Origin: Azolla caroliniana
Lineage: Eukaryota; Plantae; Polypodiophyta
Assembly (NCBI GenBank): GCA_043228905.1
Contig: JBHGNT010000016.1
Location: 3,534,001 to 3,598,000 of the forward strand
DNA length: 64,000 nt
Direction of reading: 5' to 3'
Part shown: one piece after another, positions 50,101 to 63,199 of the stretch
Numbering within the stretch: the first letter of the stretch is position 1
How the letters are laid out: the number at the start of each line of letters is the position of its first letter
The notes under the pieces: generated by a model
Seen by the model: the letters and a program-made list of their open reading frames with translations, nothing else
Databases searched by the model: none
What the model was told of the DNA's origin: nothing
Made by a program: the position numbers and the translations under genes

Positions 50101-53100
50101 AACCATTACTTCATTCTATTCAGCAGGCATCCTTCCCAATTTAAAAACTTCTTGTAAAGAGAATGTGAAAACATCGGCTATATCATCCCAATATTCTAAA
50201 AGAAATTCTGGTGATAATCCATCATTTCCTGGGCATACATTCTTCCCAATAGCTACTAATGCAGCTCTTACATCTGTAGAAGAGATTGCCTTAACCAATG
50301 CTTCGACCATCTCATTTGAGACCTTATGTTCTAGACAGTTCAAAACTATTTTCCTTTTTTGGAGTTGTTGAACGGAAAATTGTTGGGTATTTAGTAGATT
50401 TTTATGAAAGGACGTAGCAATGTCTCTCATTTCATTAATGTCTTTCGTAATAGACCCATCTTCCCTTTGAAGTTATCTCAGACAACTACTTGAATGACCA
50501 CCTTTATAATATGCGAAAAAATCGGCATTCACATTATCACCTAATCTAGCCCATTTCGCACCAGCAACGTGAAACTTTGTTTGAGATATCTTATCTTCTA
50601 AATTTGTTAGCTCATTTCTTAAGTGACCCAATTCCATTTCAACCCAAGATGCATGTGGACATTTTTCTTGAAAATGTTGAAGAGACTTCAAAGCCCTCCG
50701 ATTAGCAACCATTTGTAACTTACATTTCTCCATAGTCTTGAATACTTGCAATTTAAGAAGTTTCGATGTACTCTAAATAGCAGAGTTAACCATTTGCAAG
50801 ACATTTTTAGAATCTGATGTATTTTGCACTTTCCACATCTGTAAAATATCATGTCTTGGAGATGTATCTAAATAAATCCATTTTGGAATACGACCACAAC
50901 TATTGTTATGATATGGTTGTTTTCCAACAACCATAATCATAGGTGCATGATTTGAGAATAAAGAGCCTGATGCAATACCAATCTCCCCACCCTTTCCAAC
51001 AAAAAAATCATCAATGTATACTTTATCCAACTGTGACAGATTTACCCATTGTTGTCTTCTATTTGATCAAGAGAAACTTAATGAATCTTTTAATCGAGCA
51101 AAAGATGTAACATACCATGCATCTTGCAATCTGAATGATAGACATAATCTTTCCCAAGTTATCAACTCAGATGCACTTATCAAATCATGAGATCCTCCAG
51201 TACTATCACCAAAATCCTCAATCATATTAAAGTCACCCATCATACACCAATGATCCATTGACGGTAAATCAGTTCCTATCTTAAACCAAAATTCCTTTCT
51301 AGCCCCACTCGAATTTGGAGCATAAATATTAAGAAAGCCCAACTTAAGGTCTGAGATCGATAGGATGATGTAATGAGCTTTTCCATCGACCAATACATGA
51401 CAATCTAGCACCTGCTGACTCCATTTCTCTACTAAGGCTATACATAAACCACCATGTTTGTTTTGATTGCCAATCGCAGGATTGCACTAGTATTTCCAAT
51501 TTCCTTTCAACATGTTCCCATATGTATTTGTTCTCTTATCCGATAGATGAGTTTCTTGTAAATAGACACCCACATTAAACTTATGTAACTCTTGATGAAC
51601 TCTACCTTTAAACTTCTTACGAAGAGCCCCTCCAAGCCCTTGAACTTTCCAAGACAAAATTCGGAAATTATTCATAACTCAACAGAAGTTGTTACTAACC
51701 TTAGTTCTCCCATCCAATGTAGACTTTTTAAACTTACAAGCTTTATTGCTAATTTTCAATCCCTTAAGGGACATCTTTATATTGAATAAGAAATAGTACC
51801 ATGTTTCTTTACATGATGCATAAATCGATTAATCATATTATTTCTATCCATGACCTTATTAAGAGTACTACGCACAACTTCTGCGTTGGTTTCTTGATTA
51901 AGGCGGTGATTAGAATTAAACTCACTCTCTAAATACTTTGCCCTTGATCTAATTATACGGCCATTGTAATTATGGGTATCCTCCCTTGATGAGTGACAAA
52001 TTTCAGTAGTCACAATTTGCAACAAGTTAACATGTTCCCCACTTTTTTCCACATTAAAGTCTTCCTGATGGGCCGTGTGATCTTCCTTTTCTACATATAC
52101 AACTAATGACAAATTTTCATCTCCCTTCATCCCTAAATCCTCATTAATGTGGGCCAAGGTACAATTATCCTTGTTATGTGCCTCACCTACCAAGGAGTGT
52201 AGTAAATTATTACCACCTGTATTTATTGAAGAAGTAGAGAGGTCACCATCTATAATTTGATCCATATCAATTTTATGTTTCGTAATGGAAGCTCCATCTA
52301 CCTCCTCAACCAAAACATCATCCAGTGGCAATGTTTGTGTAAGATTCTCAATGGATCCAAATCTATTCCTTGTTAGAACCCATTTATTAGAATGATTCAC
52401 ATTTTTTGCAAGAATACCTTTTCCTTTTCTCACTATAGTCCACTCGTCCACCACATCTATCGCCCCCTTTTCTTTTAATTTTTTCATACTATTTACATTA
52501 GGTGCATTCTGCCATATACAATCTTTTGCCATATGCCCAATTTGCCTACATTTAAAGCACTGATTCGGTAATCCAACATATATAATCTTTTGTACTCACG
52601 CTTTGCCACCACTCAATGGCAGCAATCGAATCGATGCAGGAAGAACCATATTATTATGACCTAACAATCACACTATTAGTGTATTCTCGTTTTTTGAATT
52701 AAACCTATCAATTTCTACCATCTATCAAATGCCCAAGTGTGGCCGCAATCTCATTTATTACCAGTCACCACTCTTTAGGTAAGGCTGGGAACATTACAGA
52801 GAAAACAAATCGCCTAGAAATTGCCTCTTAAATCATCTAAATTGAATTCCGCATACCATTTTAAAAATTGCATCCATATTCCTTTTATCTTAACACTACC
52901 CATCAGAAGCAATTTATCCACCATATTACCACTATTAAATTCAATGTGGTAGCAGCCCTTATCGAGAAATTGGATGTCGATTATTGGTGCTAACTCACCT
53001 TGCAACCGAGCCTATAGTAGATGACGAAACTCAGCCCGATTTGGACGACCTCCCACAACATAAATAACAATTCAATGTTGTTGAAGGCAATCCACCTCTG

Positions 53101-53250
53101 CATGTAACTTTTGTTCTGCAGCAGTAGAGAGACAGAAGTCCACCGTGACATCTGCGACTGGAGAGGAAGCGAAGGGTGGTGCACTGGAGTCCCTTCTGGG
53201 TGTTGTCACAACATCGAACATGCTCATCATATTCTCTGTTCTTGATGTTC
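47135..53250 (-). mobile_element. Near full-length L1-like LINE (ORF1 + ORF2, decayed) with a PPR-derived 3' region, bounded by a 20-bp direct repeat
   Basis: ORF1 from ~53230 has an RRM/DUF4283-like region and CFKCRQIGHMAKDC. ORF2 (51675-47756) has ILSWKVQG, LQETH, NIYAPN, GDFN, CPGNDG, WRPITLL, LDFEKAYD, EFADD, YLG and CDFC..ESLHHLFWSC. TCTTAGTGACAAAAGTATTT is at 47115-47134 and 53251-53270. Confidence 0.88.
47270..47755 (-). pseudogene. PLS-class PPR fragment directly after the LINE ORF2 stop
   Basis: VTYIFILKAC..GQEIHNEI..AILVYAYAKCGIFEDA..PDAITLVSLLKDCG..LGNALVDMYAKCGQL..KIFNDL. Confidence 0.88.
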
Positions 53251-53741
53251 TCTTAGTGACAAAAGTATTTCTTATATTGTTTTATAGTAACCATGGAGTG
53301 TTGTGTGAAACATGTGTCGTTAATGCATAAAACATCCTAGATGCTAGAGGGATAACAAATCAATCTCTAATGAGACAATACCAACGTACCTTGAACAACA
53401 GAAATTGAGTGTCCACTAAGAGTGGACGTCTTGGTGAAGCAAAACTAATGATTGATTCACACGAGTAAAACATTTTGAGTGTCTACACAAATATTGAGGA
53501 CATCAATAGTGAAAGGCTTAAGAAATTGATCACTTCAAGGCATCGAAACCAAAATGCTCTAATGGATAGAAAAGGAAACACATATTTAAATAAATGATAT
53601 GTCTAATCTTGCATTCCAACACGGCAATCTCCATTATGAGAGTGATGTAAACAAGTATTAGACAAGCACGACCAATTGTCTTGGCGGAATAACTAAAAAG
53701 AGTGCAGTCTCCCGGTTAACCGGAATTTGATAAAGTTTCGC

Positions 53742-54024
53742 CATAGTTGCTAAAAAATGCTTATTCTATGTTTAGAATACGTTTTAGAATACTCTGAAGT
53801 ATTCTGTACATATTCTATGTTTTAGAACTGCCGTTTTTCCAATTTTCACGTATTCTAAAAATTTGATGTATTCTACGTACAAGTATTTATCATTTCAAAA
53901 AAGTTTAATTTTTCTTTGAAAAAAAAACTTTTAATTTAAAGAAGTATTTAGCATATTCTACAAGTATAGAATACTTAGCATACGTATTCTACACGTATTT
54001 TATGCTAAGTATTCTACAACAATG
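53742..54024. mobile_element. hAT-like MITE
   Basis: Termini CATAGTTG / CAACAATG, repeated TATTCTA/TAGAATA internal motifs, and flanks AGTTTCGC / GGTTTTGC (6/8 match, degenerate 8-bp TSD). Confidence 0.6.
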
Positions 54025-56751
54025 GGTTTTGCAAAAGTTATTTAATCAATGTAAAAGTAAGTACATGAGCTAAATTAATGGAAAGAGGTCATGCATGCAA
54101 TCGGGGTTTTGAAGCACAAAGTGAATTGAAACACATACATAATGAGATGGGTGAAAACATGTGAATTGAATGCAAAACACAAAGTGAATTTCGTTAATTA
54201 TGACATCATTCACCATTTATATTTAATGCATTACCTTTCTTACCAAGCATAAATTTGATGGTTCCCCAATTAGGAAACCACATAACTCCATATACCCATT
54301 AATACAAATGGTATATTTTCTATTTTTTGCGCTAATTTGTTTTGTGTTTGTATGCTGAGATCAATGGGCAGCCTAACTCACACACATAAAGGAGTACAAG
54401 ACTATAACCCTAAATTGGGGGCAATGCCTTTTTTCTTTAAATTCGAAAGGGGTTTGTAAACTAGTATTAGAAAATCAAGTTTGTATACTTTCAAGTTTCT
54501 ACTCAAAAGCTAATGTGGAATTAGTTGAGTAAGTTAATGCTTGAGTGTAAACCTTGAAATTGATATGAGATTTCAACCACGTAGTTATTTCTTATTGAGA
54601 CATAGAACATACTAAAACATCTCGATACAATGGAAAGATTAGGAGTCATCTCTAGTTAGCTATCATTTAGTCTTTAATATCGAAGGCAATGAAAGATCAA
54701 CTTCTTATTTACATTGTTATTGTTACGGGCATGACTATAATTTATCTCGTCATAAGTTGTACCATAGTATTCTCCACATGAGGATAAGGTGTGAGGGTTA
54801 ATCAATAGGGTAAAGAAAGGAGGATTACTTTTAGTCCTAGGAATTGAGACAACCCATAAGAGCCAAATGTGAACTTGCTTGGAAGCCGTCGGTTTGGCTA
54901 CAAATATGAGGCCTAGCTACCCTTTTTTTTCCATAAAAATTATCCTCCATTAATATTAAGATTAAAGTAGCCAAAGGCAAGATACAAGATAATCCAACAT
55001 TACAATGAATATTGTGCAGTTCATCATTCTAAAAACTGAAAATAAATAAGTCTGCTTCAATAAAACTTGCACATCAAAGCATCTCGCCATTTTCCATCAA
55101 AATCCTCTCCATTTTCAGCACTTTCTTGTATATACACACTCCTCAAGACCATCATGAAAATTTGTATTTGCCTCCGTCCCCGTCTTCATTCATCGTTCTA
55201 AAACTAAATTTGCTTCAAAATAATTCCACAGCAACCCTCTCGCCATTTTCACCAAATTCCTGTATAGACAACAATCAAAATGAATGAACTATCCTCATCC
55301 CCTCATGAAATTTTGTTTCAACCCTCAACAACATCCTTATTAGACGCATCATTCAATTACGTCGAGACTGTGCTCTTGTGGTTAATATACTCTTGTAGAG
55401 AGCGCACAAATAACAAGTACGACTCGATGCCATGGAATTGGTATGAGAATCAAGATGCTGCTCAAGGCTCAAGTTTGTCTTGATCCCTTTACTCGGGGGT
55501 GGTCGGGTGGATTGCCTGGCACCCTTCTTTCTCTATCTTTTTTCTTTTTCTTTTTCATGCTTACATTACAAAGAATCGCTAACAATTATGCTTGTAATGA
55601 ACCTATTCCAACAAGTTTTGACACTAATAATCAAGTGATTGCACAATAATGTTTTTTTTGAAGCCATACTATGTGATTGGGGGTGGAGCCCTCGTCAATT
55701 ATAAATCAAGATGTCAAAACTCTAGAAAAGCATTTAATGAGAACCACATTGAACCATCTCATTGGGTTGAGTGAGAGAAAAGCAACTTGTGTTTTGACAC
55801 TTCTTTTAGTAACAAACCAAAGCTAGGTGCAAATTGTCCTCATTACTAAAATTGTGTTTTCTTATGTTCGTTATTATGTGTATTTGAAAAGGCTGACACA
55901 TGTATCAACTTCATATAAATTTGATTGTAAGTTTTTACTCCATCCTTTCATCTAAGAGAAGGACACTTGGTCAATGAGTAAAGACGAATTTGCATGCACG
56001 TCTTTGTTGCCAACTCGCGCAAGAAGAAATCGAGTGTACGCCATAATACCCACCCTTTTCTTTTGACGACATCAATGCCTAAAAAGTTAGAAAGGTTATA
56101 ACTTGTATTGCTTCGCTTTAGCGTTGTATTAACTTATAAGCACGTCGTTCCCGAATACGGCGAAGTACTGAAGGGTAAAGCAAACATTGCCGAATTATTC
56201 CAGAAAGAAGCGTGACTTGGATAATGTAACAATACCATCTTGATCTTCTTTTGTTTCGGTTTTGGGTACAGTGGCATTGGATGATTAGCAATCACACACA
56301 CATACACACACACAAAGACAAGTTGTAGGTGGAAACAAACCTCATGGCACAACACACACACACACACACACACAAACAAACAAACAAACAAAGACAAGTT
56401 GTAGGTGGAACCAAACCTCATGGCAGAGGAATGGAACCTATAATCTAAGGAACCAAACCTGTTGTCCGCACACACGGTTTCTCATCAGCTGTGCTCGAGC
56501 GGGGTAGACGATACAAAGTGGAGGGAGGTTATGTATCAGAGGGGGAGGGTGATGGAGGGTAGGTTGTGCAGATAGATGGTGGTTCGAAGGGGCGGTGGGC
56601 AAGGTAATGAATGCTCTGGTGTGTGTGTGAGTGTGTGAAGATGGTGGTGCGAGGCATCTATGGGGTAAGAAGGTAAGGTAAGATAACAAATATGCTCTCG
56701 TGTGTTTTCCATATACAAAGAGGTAAGGTTCGGTTTGGTTTCATGACCTTT

Positions 56752-56833
56752 AAACCAAACCAAACCAAACCAAACCAAACCAAACCAAACCAAACCAAAC
56801 CAAACCAAACCAAACCAAACCAAACCAAACCAA
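56752..56833. repeat. (CCAAA)n pentanucleotide microsatellite
   Basis: About 16 perfect units upstream of the nsLTP-like gene. Confidence 0.95.
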
Positions 56834-57268
56834 GGCAAGCCAAACCATTTATTGATATGCTATGCATTGCATTAATCACTTAAGAAATATGAGACTGGCA
56901 GCGCATTAAATGCGACGCGACCTACAACTACGACTCTGCATTCAAACGTATCCAGACAGTCAGTCAGTCAATGATGGACATTACATTACATTACATTACA
57001 TTACATACATACTCATACATCATACATACAGAGACAAGAAAAACAGACGGAGGAAGAAGACCCCCCCCCACATGATCGATCATCCCTCCTCCCACACGTA
57101 CATACATACATACATACATATACATATACAGATACATATACATGTGTCTTGTCTCTCTGTGCCTGTGCGCCTGCTCTGCTAACCCTAGAAATCCCACAGA
57201 CCTCTCCACTGCTTTCTTGCCTAATCATCCTCCCGCTCCCACTCAGACAATCGCCCTTTTATTTCCCC

Positions 57269-58203
57269 ATGGCGGCCGCCGCCATTTCCAGGTGCGTGGT
57301 GTTGCTGGCCGTCTTGGCGGTGGTCTTCGCCGCTAGCTTCGCCGCCAATTTCTCGGCCGACGACGTCTCGCAGGTGGCTTCCGCAGGCCAGGCGTTGGTC
57401 GGCGGGGAAGAGGAGCAGGAGCAGGGATCATCGGGGCATAGATCGTTGGTGAGAGGAGAAGAGGAGGAGCAGAAGCTATGGCAGGAGCAGAGATCGAAGG
57501 AGGAAGAGGAGGAAGAAGAGGCATGGTGCGTGGGAGACGAGCTGAGGCGTGTGATGGGGAGCTGCGCCGTGGCGGTTCTGACGGGCCGGACGCCCGACTT
57601 CGACTCCGGCTGCTGCCTGGCGCTGCGAGCTCTGTCTCTTCCCTGCGTCTGCGCTCAGCTCTCGTCTTCCTCCTACGCCAACGCGCTGCCGTCTTCCACC
57701 ACCGCCGCCATCGCTGCTTCCTGCGCCATTCGCGTCCCTTCCGACATTCCCTGCGCAGGTAAACCCTAACCCTAAACCCTAAACCCTAAACCCTGATGAA
57801 TGTGAAGGGTTTTAAGGTTTTGTGTTTGGCAGGGGCCCTTTCTCTATTTATTCGTTTTCTTTAATTGCCGAAATGCCCCTTACCCACGACGGCGCAGGTA
57901 AACCCAAACAAAAAAGAAGGCTAAACCCTAAACCCTGATGAATGTGAAGGGTTTCGGGTTTGTGTTTCCCAGGAGCTCTTTCTCTCTTTATTTGTTTTCT
58001 TTAATTGCCGAAATGCCCCCCCCTTCCCTTCTGGGTGTCCCTTACCCACTGACGGCGCACACACTTACTTACTTCTTCACACTTTTAAATGAACTCCTCC
58101 TCATTCTTCTCACACTTAACATTATGTTGTATCTTTTCTTTTTCTTCCTGCTTTTGTTTATTTTGTTTTTTTGGGGGGGTGCTTTGCAGGATTCAACACT
58201 TGA
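57269..58203 (+). CDS. Secreted eight-cysteine-motif protein (nsLTP/prolamin superfamily, type D-like) with an acidic pro-region; exons 57269-57758 and 58190-58203, 167 aa
   Basis: Hydrophobic signal peptide followed by C-X11-C-X15-CC-X9-CVC-X23-C-X9-C. A GT-AG intron lies 4 nt after the last Cys codon, and exon 2 completes GFNT*. Confidence 0.85.
57761..57794. repeat. Short telomere-like (CCCTAAA)n / telo-box run at the intron start
   Basis: AAACCCTAACCCTAAACCCTAAACCCTAAACCCT, with a shorter copy at ~57922-57935. Confidence 0.85.
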
Positions 58204-59849
58204 TGGTGTATGTGTGTTTGTGTGAATGCTTGTGTCCATCGGGCTTTGTTCGACACCATTCGGAGTAGCGCTAGAAATCTTTATGCCTGCCTACTTGAAT
58301 TTCGATTTCCTCTGACTCATCCGACCTGAACCGATCGAACCCCCCGATGATTCATATCTCACAGCATCATCCTAAACCCTAAATAACTTTCAACATTCTT
58401 TTTCCTTTTATAAGCTTTAGCCATAGCCATAGCCACGGCTAGCTATGGTTGCATGTAAGCATATATCATTACCCAGAAAAAAAAACAGTCTTCACAACAA
58501 GTATCATCATTACATTCATGTACTGTCATTCCATTCTTCGATATTGGCTATCAATCCAATATACATACATAGATCAAACAATTTGTGATGTCTCTTTTTA
58601 AAATCCATATATTGTTCCCAATGTGTAACGTTGCCAATTGAGTAAGTGATCAAAATAACAGGATATTTAGGTAGGGCCCACATGTATGAGTTACAAACTT
58701 ACAAGTAATGTGAAGGATAGCACCTCAGAAATAAAAACATCTTTGTGGCACCATACAAAACAATGGTATGTACATGCTAATGGAACCTCTGATTTTACAA
58801 AAGTACCGCTTGGACCAAGGGATATTGAACTAACTCTATGGAGACTGCTAATCGGTTGATGATAAGGGTACAAAACTTTAAATAATTGATTGGGCCAAAA
58901 TATTATATGCTTGTGTGCGCAAATGGAAAGATACATCATATTTCATGCACAAGTGGAAAGAGAGCCCATGTTCCTACTTTTAAGTTGGCTCGGTTTCTAA
59001 CATAGGACCTCCACTAGGTTTCAGTAGAGTGCATATTCAATGTTTATCCAACACTCAACTCACTAGGTAATTCTTCGAGCAGCCAACTTGAGCAACCTAT
59101 GAACAAAGTGCCCATCATGAGGTTGCCACATTAGGTTGGGGAACAAAGAAATCCTGACTACATGCCCAAGAATTTTTGAGATTGATAATTACCACTTGAT
59201 GAGCTCCAAGCAATATTTCAAGGTTTTAAAATGCTATATTATGATCGGGCATTGATGCATCAATTTGACATGGTTGAGTCTACACTAAATCAAACCCTAG
59301 CAAAAGACACTAATGTTCACAGACACGACCAAGAGTTTGAGACATAGAGTAGCCCCTAACCATTATGGTGGTAAACCTTGTAATGATTCAATCTATGGAG
59401 CACCCAAGAGACCATCCTTGTAGTACACAACAGGACAAGTGCGATTCTCGAATCTAGCACATTTTGAAGTAAGCCTTCCTTTGAATGACGATCAACTCAA
59501 AGCAATGCAAGCCAAACTATGGCACATTGTACACTAAAAGAGAAGGAGACAATAGAAACAAGAAAACATATGATCGGTCTCAATGAACTCCTAGCTACCA
59601 AAGATTGACAACTCAAGGTGCAACCAAGTTGGTAATTAGTAACTTGATAGACAACATAGCCTAATTCATCACACTTGATGACACCACTTATTTTGCTCTT
59701 ACACCAATTTCTATTGATTCCTCCTCTCTTACGACTAAACTCATGGTTTCCCCCTATCGTGAAAGTTATTTGGAGAATACTAGGCAAACATTGCGTAGCT
59801 TATGCAAGATCAGGGTTAGGTGGAGATTGGGTTTTGAGAAGAAGCCCTT

Positions 59850-60830
59850 AATTTTGTTGCGCATATGCAAATGGAGGGATATATTCCTGATGTTGTCACT
59901 TATCTAAGCAACTTGAGAGCTTGCTCAAAGATGGGTAATTGGGACGAAGGTCAAGAATTACATTTGGAGATTGCTAAAGATGGGTATCAAAGACATCTAT
60001 TTCTTGGTAATGCTTTTATAGACATGTATGCAAAATGTGGCTTGATTACACTACCACAGGCGGTATTTGAGAATCTACGAAGTCAAGATGTGATATCGTG
60101 GAATACCCTTAGTAGTGGATATGCTAAATATGGGCCTAGTGAAGGCGCCCTATGTTTGTTAGTTGTTAGAATAGATGGAAGTGATGGAATTCCCTCTTGA
60201 TGTAGTGACCTATATAAGTGTCCTAAATAAGACGCCCTCATGGGAGAAAAGCAGACATTCTGAAGGGACAATATCTGCATGCAAAGGCCATCGAAGTTGG
60301 GTTTGATGGAAATTTGTTTGTGGGAAACTCTTTGATTGATATGTACATAAATGTGGTCTAATAATGGAAGCAAGAATGGCGTTTGATAAAATTCTAGTAC
60401 GTGATATCATTTCCTGGATATGTTGACTATTGGTTCGAAAAGTGCAAGGCCTCTTACCTAATATGATGACATTTTTTGGTATGTTGAAAGTAGGTGGCAA
60501 CATGGGAGATATACAGAAAGGGAATAACTTCCATGCTCAAACGTTTTGGTAGAACATGGAGTCACAAAAACAAGTGCTCTTATTGAGACGTATGCAAAAT
60601 GTGGAAGTATGCTTGAAGCTCAACAAGTCTTTGCTATAAGAGAAGCAAGAAATCTTATTGAATGGACTAGTTTAATTTCGGGATATGCTTGAAACGAAGA
60701 AACTGTATAGAAAACATTTAGCACAATTATGGTTTCAAATATTGTCTTATGGAATGCACTCAAAAGAGGCAATAGAGACCATGGATATTCTAAGGAGTTG
60801 CATAATTAGTTTTGAAGAGATGAAAGACAA
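59850..60830 (+). pseudogene. PLS-class PPR pseudogene
   Basis: MQMEGYIPDVVTYLSNLRACSKMG..GQELH..LGNAFIDMYAKCG..AVFENLRSQDVISWNTLSSGYAKYG. Further frameshifted repeats include LIDMYIN, ARMAFDKILVRDIISW and SALIETYAKCGSMLEAQQVF. Confidence 0.88.
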
Positions 60831-61049
60831 TATCTGAATATTCTTTACTTTAATTTTAATACCAATGGAGGATATTTTTTATGGGAAAAAAAACATTGGG
60901 TAGCTTGTCAATCACAAAAAGAGTACTTTAGAAGAGGACATTATCACCCATGGAATGCTCAAAGTTTATGGAAGTGGTTCCCACCCCCACTTCCATTACT
61001 CTTCCCCCACAGGGATGGGCTTGTTACACATGACAATAAATTTTGGAAA

Positions 61050-62030
61050 ATGTTAAATACCTTGGTGTTGAAGTTCCCTCAACTTATAGATTGAATTTAT
61101 GTGCCACCACCACTTAGAGGCGGGAAAAAGAGCATATTATGCAATTTGAGAACATATGCGACGGTGGAGAAATTATACGTTGGGCGTTCAAGAAATGCCT
61201 TTTCGATACTTAGGTGACATTGGTGCTTCTTTATAGGGTGGAAGTATGGGGTGGTGGCATCCCAAAGTCCGCTTGGAAAGATTTTGAAAATGTCCAAAAA
61301 TGTTTTCTTGTAACATTTCTCGAAGTCAAGGAAACAAATGCGATGACATACATGCTCACACTTGTTGAGACATGATCACTTCCTATTGAGATCATATTCA
61401 AGGAAAAGGTTGCTAAATACATGATGAAGGTTCAAAAACATTCTTGATATCAACTTCCTCGAATTTTGTGAGAAGCAAGCAAAAAGATTCAAACGAATAA
61501 TAAAAGTATTATTTTGTGTTTTGAGTGGATGCGAAATATGGATGTGATACACTTCTTTTATGATGTCTCACTAGATTCCTTTGTGAATGAATAAGTTTTA
61601 GTAATGCAAATGTATCATGACATGGTATAAAATGTGGAAGTTATAGTATACATGTTGCATTTAACCACAAAACCATATTTTTCGCCGAACAAGGAAACCA
61701 CACACATCAATAAATGTTAGAGCTCATCCTATTGTTTGTCATTTGAACTATTGCTTTTATACGACTTACATCTCATTCACTTCAATGTGAGGAGGGACAT
61801 TGGGGCACAAATGATGAGACTCGTCAATTATTGACATTTTTCCTTAAAACGGGTTCAACAATCTAAGTATTGTAGTTGAATATAATGCTCAGCCTTTGAT
61901 CACATTCCTCTATACTTTCCACACATCTTTGACCAAACCCAATCCCTACATGATTTTTTCTCACATTCACAATGTGCGGTATCAATTGTGGCATTCATTA
62001 GCAAAGTTCTTGAGCATCAAGAGTAACTAG
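61050..62030 (+). mobile_element. Decayed LINE ORF2 3' remnant
   Basis: VKYLGVE at ~61052 and IAFIRLTSHSLQCEEGHWG at ~61750-61805, resembling the RxSSHxLxCETGRW motif of LINE C-termini. Confidence 0.55.
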
Positions 62031-63128
62031 CCACTTTCACATTTATGAATGAAAATGTTATATTTTGGTCTCATAGGTCATATGTCTCCCTAGGCAAAGT
62101 ATTCCCCAATGAAAAATCATATTATGTTGAGGTAAACAATCTTTATAGCATTATGTTAAATTTGGATAAACAATGGGCCTTGTAAGAAATAACGTATCAT
62201 CGATATAATTCCAAACTAATGGATGGCTAAAGGTTTAAGTAGATGCTATGAAAACCTTATGATATAATCTATCATTTGAAATATCTTTATGAGATGAATC
62301 CATGCACTGACAAAAACAATTTGAAGTTTCATTTATTTATAGAAGGGGTTAGGGATTGATGAGTAGTGTCTACTTCTTGAACATTCTCTCATAGATGAAA
62401 TATGGATATAAGACCAACTCCTTTCCTACAAATTGCAACCATCACTAGAACCTAACTCCCTTGTGACTATCCGCACATGGAGGATGATTACATGACTATC
62501 CGCACATGTGAATAGAAGATAATGCCTTTAAAAACTCCTTCCAAAGTTTCCACATACATTTGCAAGGATCCACCAAAATATCCTATTACAAACATAAAGC
62601 TTGTCCCATATATTGTGTACCATCATATCATGAATCTTTGTAGTATTTCTATCCTTCCTCCTTGTGGTGGAAATAATTTAGTTTTACCTTTACCATAGTA
62701 CCCTAGTATGCACTTGCTCATATGTGCAATTTCACATAGTGTAAGGTTATTTGTTTTCTCACAAACATCATTCAGGGAACTCATTCCTCACCTTGAATCT
62801 AGGGAATAGTAGAATGACAAATCTAGTCCTTGGGACATATGTGTGTGATGCATACTTATTTTGCCCAAAATTCATGTTGTTGGTTCGCATTTTATGGTAT
62901 CACAACAAAATGTATGTAAGCCTTTTGATATGTTTCTTTGTGTGTATGTTGTTAGAGGGAAATAGATAGATATATATTTTCTAAACGTCCACTTGAAACT
63001 AATTGTGATCCACGAGATTGGGGCTAAGCCCATCCCCAGGCTTTGAATTGTGTTGTGTGACTAGAGACTATGAAATTTATAATGGTTTTAAACGTGAACA
63101 AGTTATAAACCAAGATTGCTCGAGCTAG

Positions 63129-63129
<1 letters not shown>

Positions 63130-63197
<68 letters not shown>
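63130..63197. repeat. Compound (GT)n(AG)n microsatellite
   Basis: Directly visible. Confidence 0.95.

Positions 63198-63199
<2 letters not shown>

Noticed and set aside
56536-56883. ORFs with FGLVW / PNQTK repeats
   Set aside because: These are translations of the (CCAAA)n microsatellite.
57149-57268. Upstream extension of the 206-aa nsLTP ORF
   Set aside because: It uses a non-ATG start. The ATG at 57269 has good context and begins a signal peptide.
57761-57794. Telomere repeat as a chromosome end or fusion point
   Set aside because: Only ~4 units, inside an intron of an intact gene.
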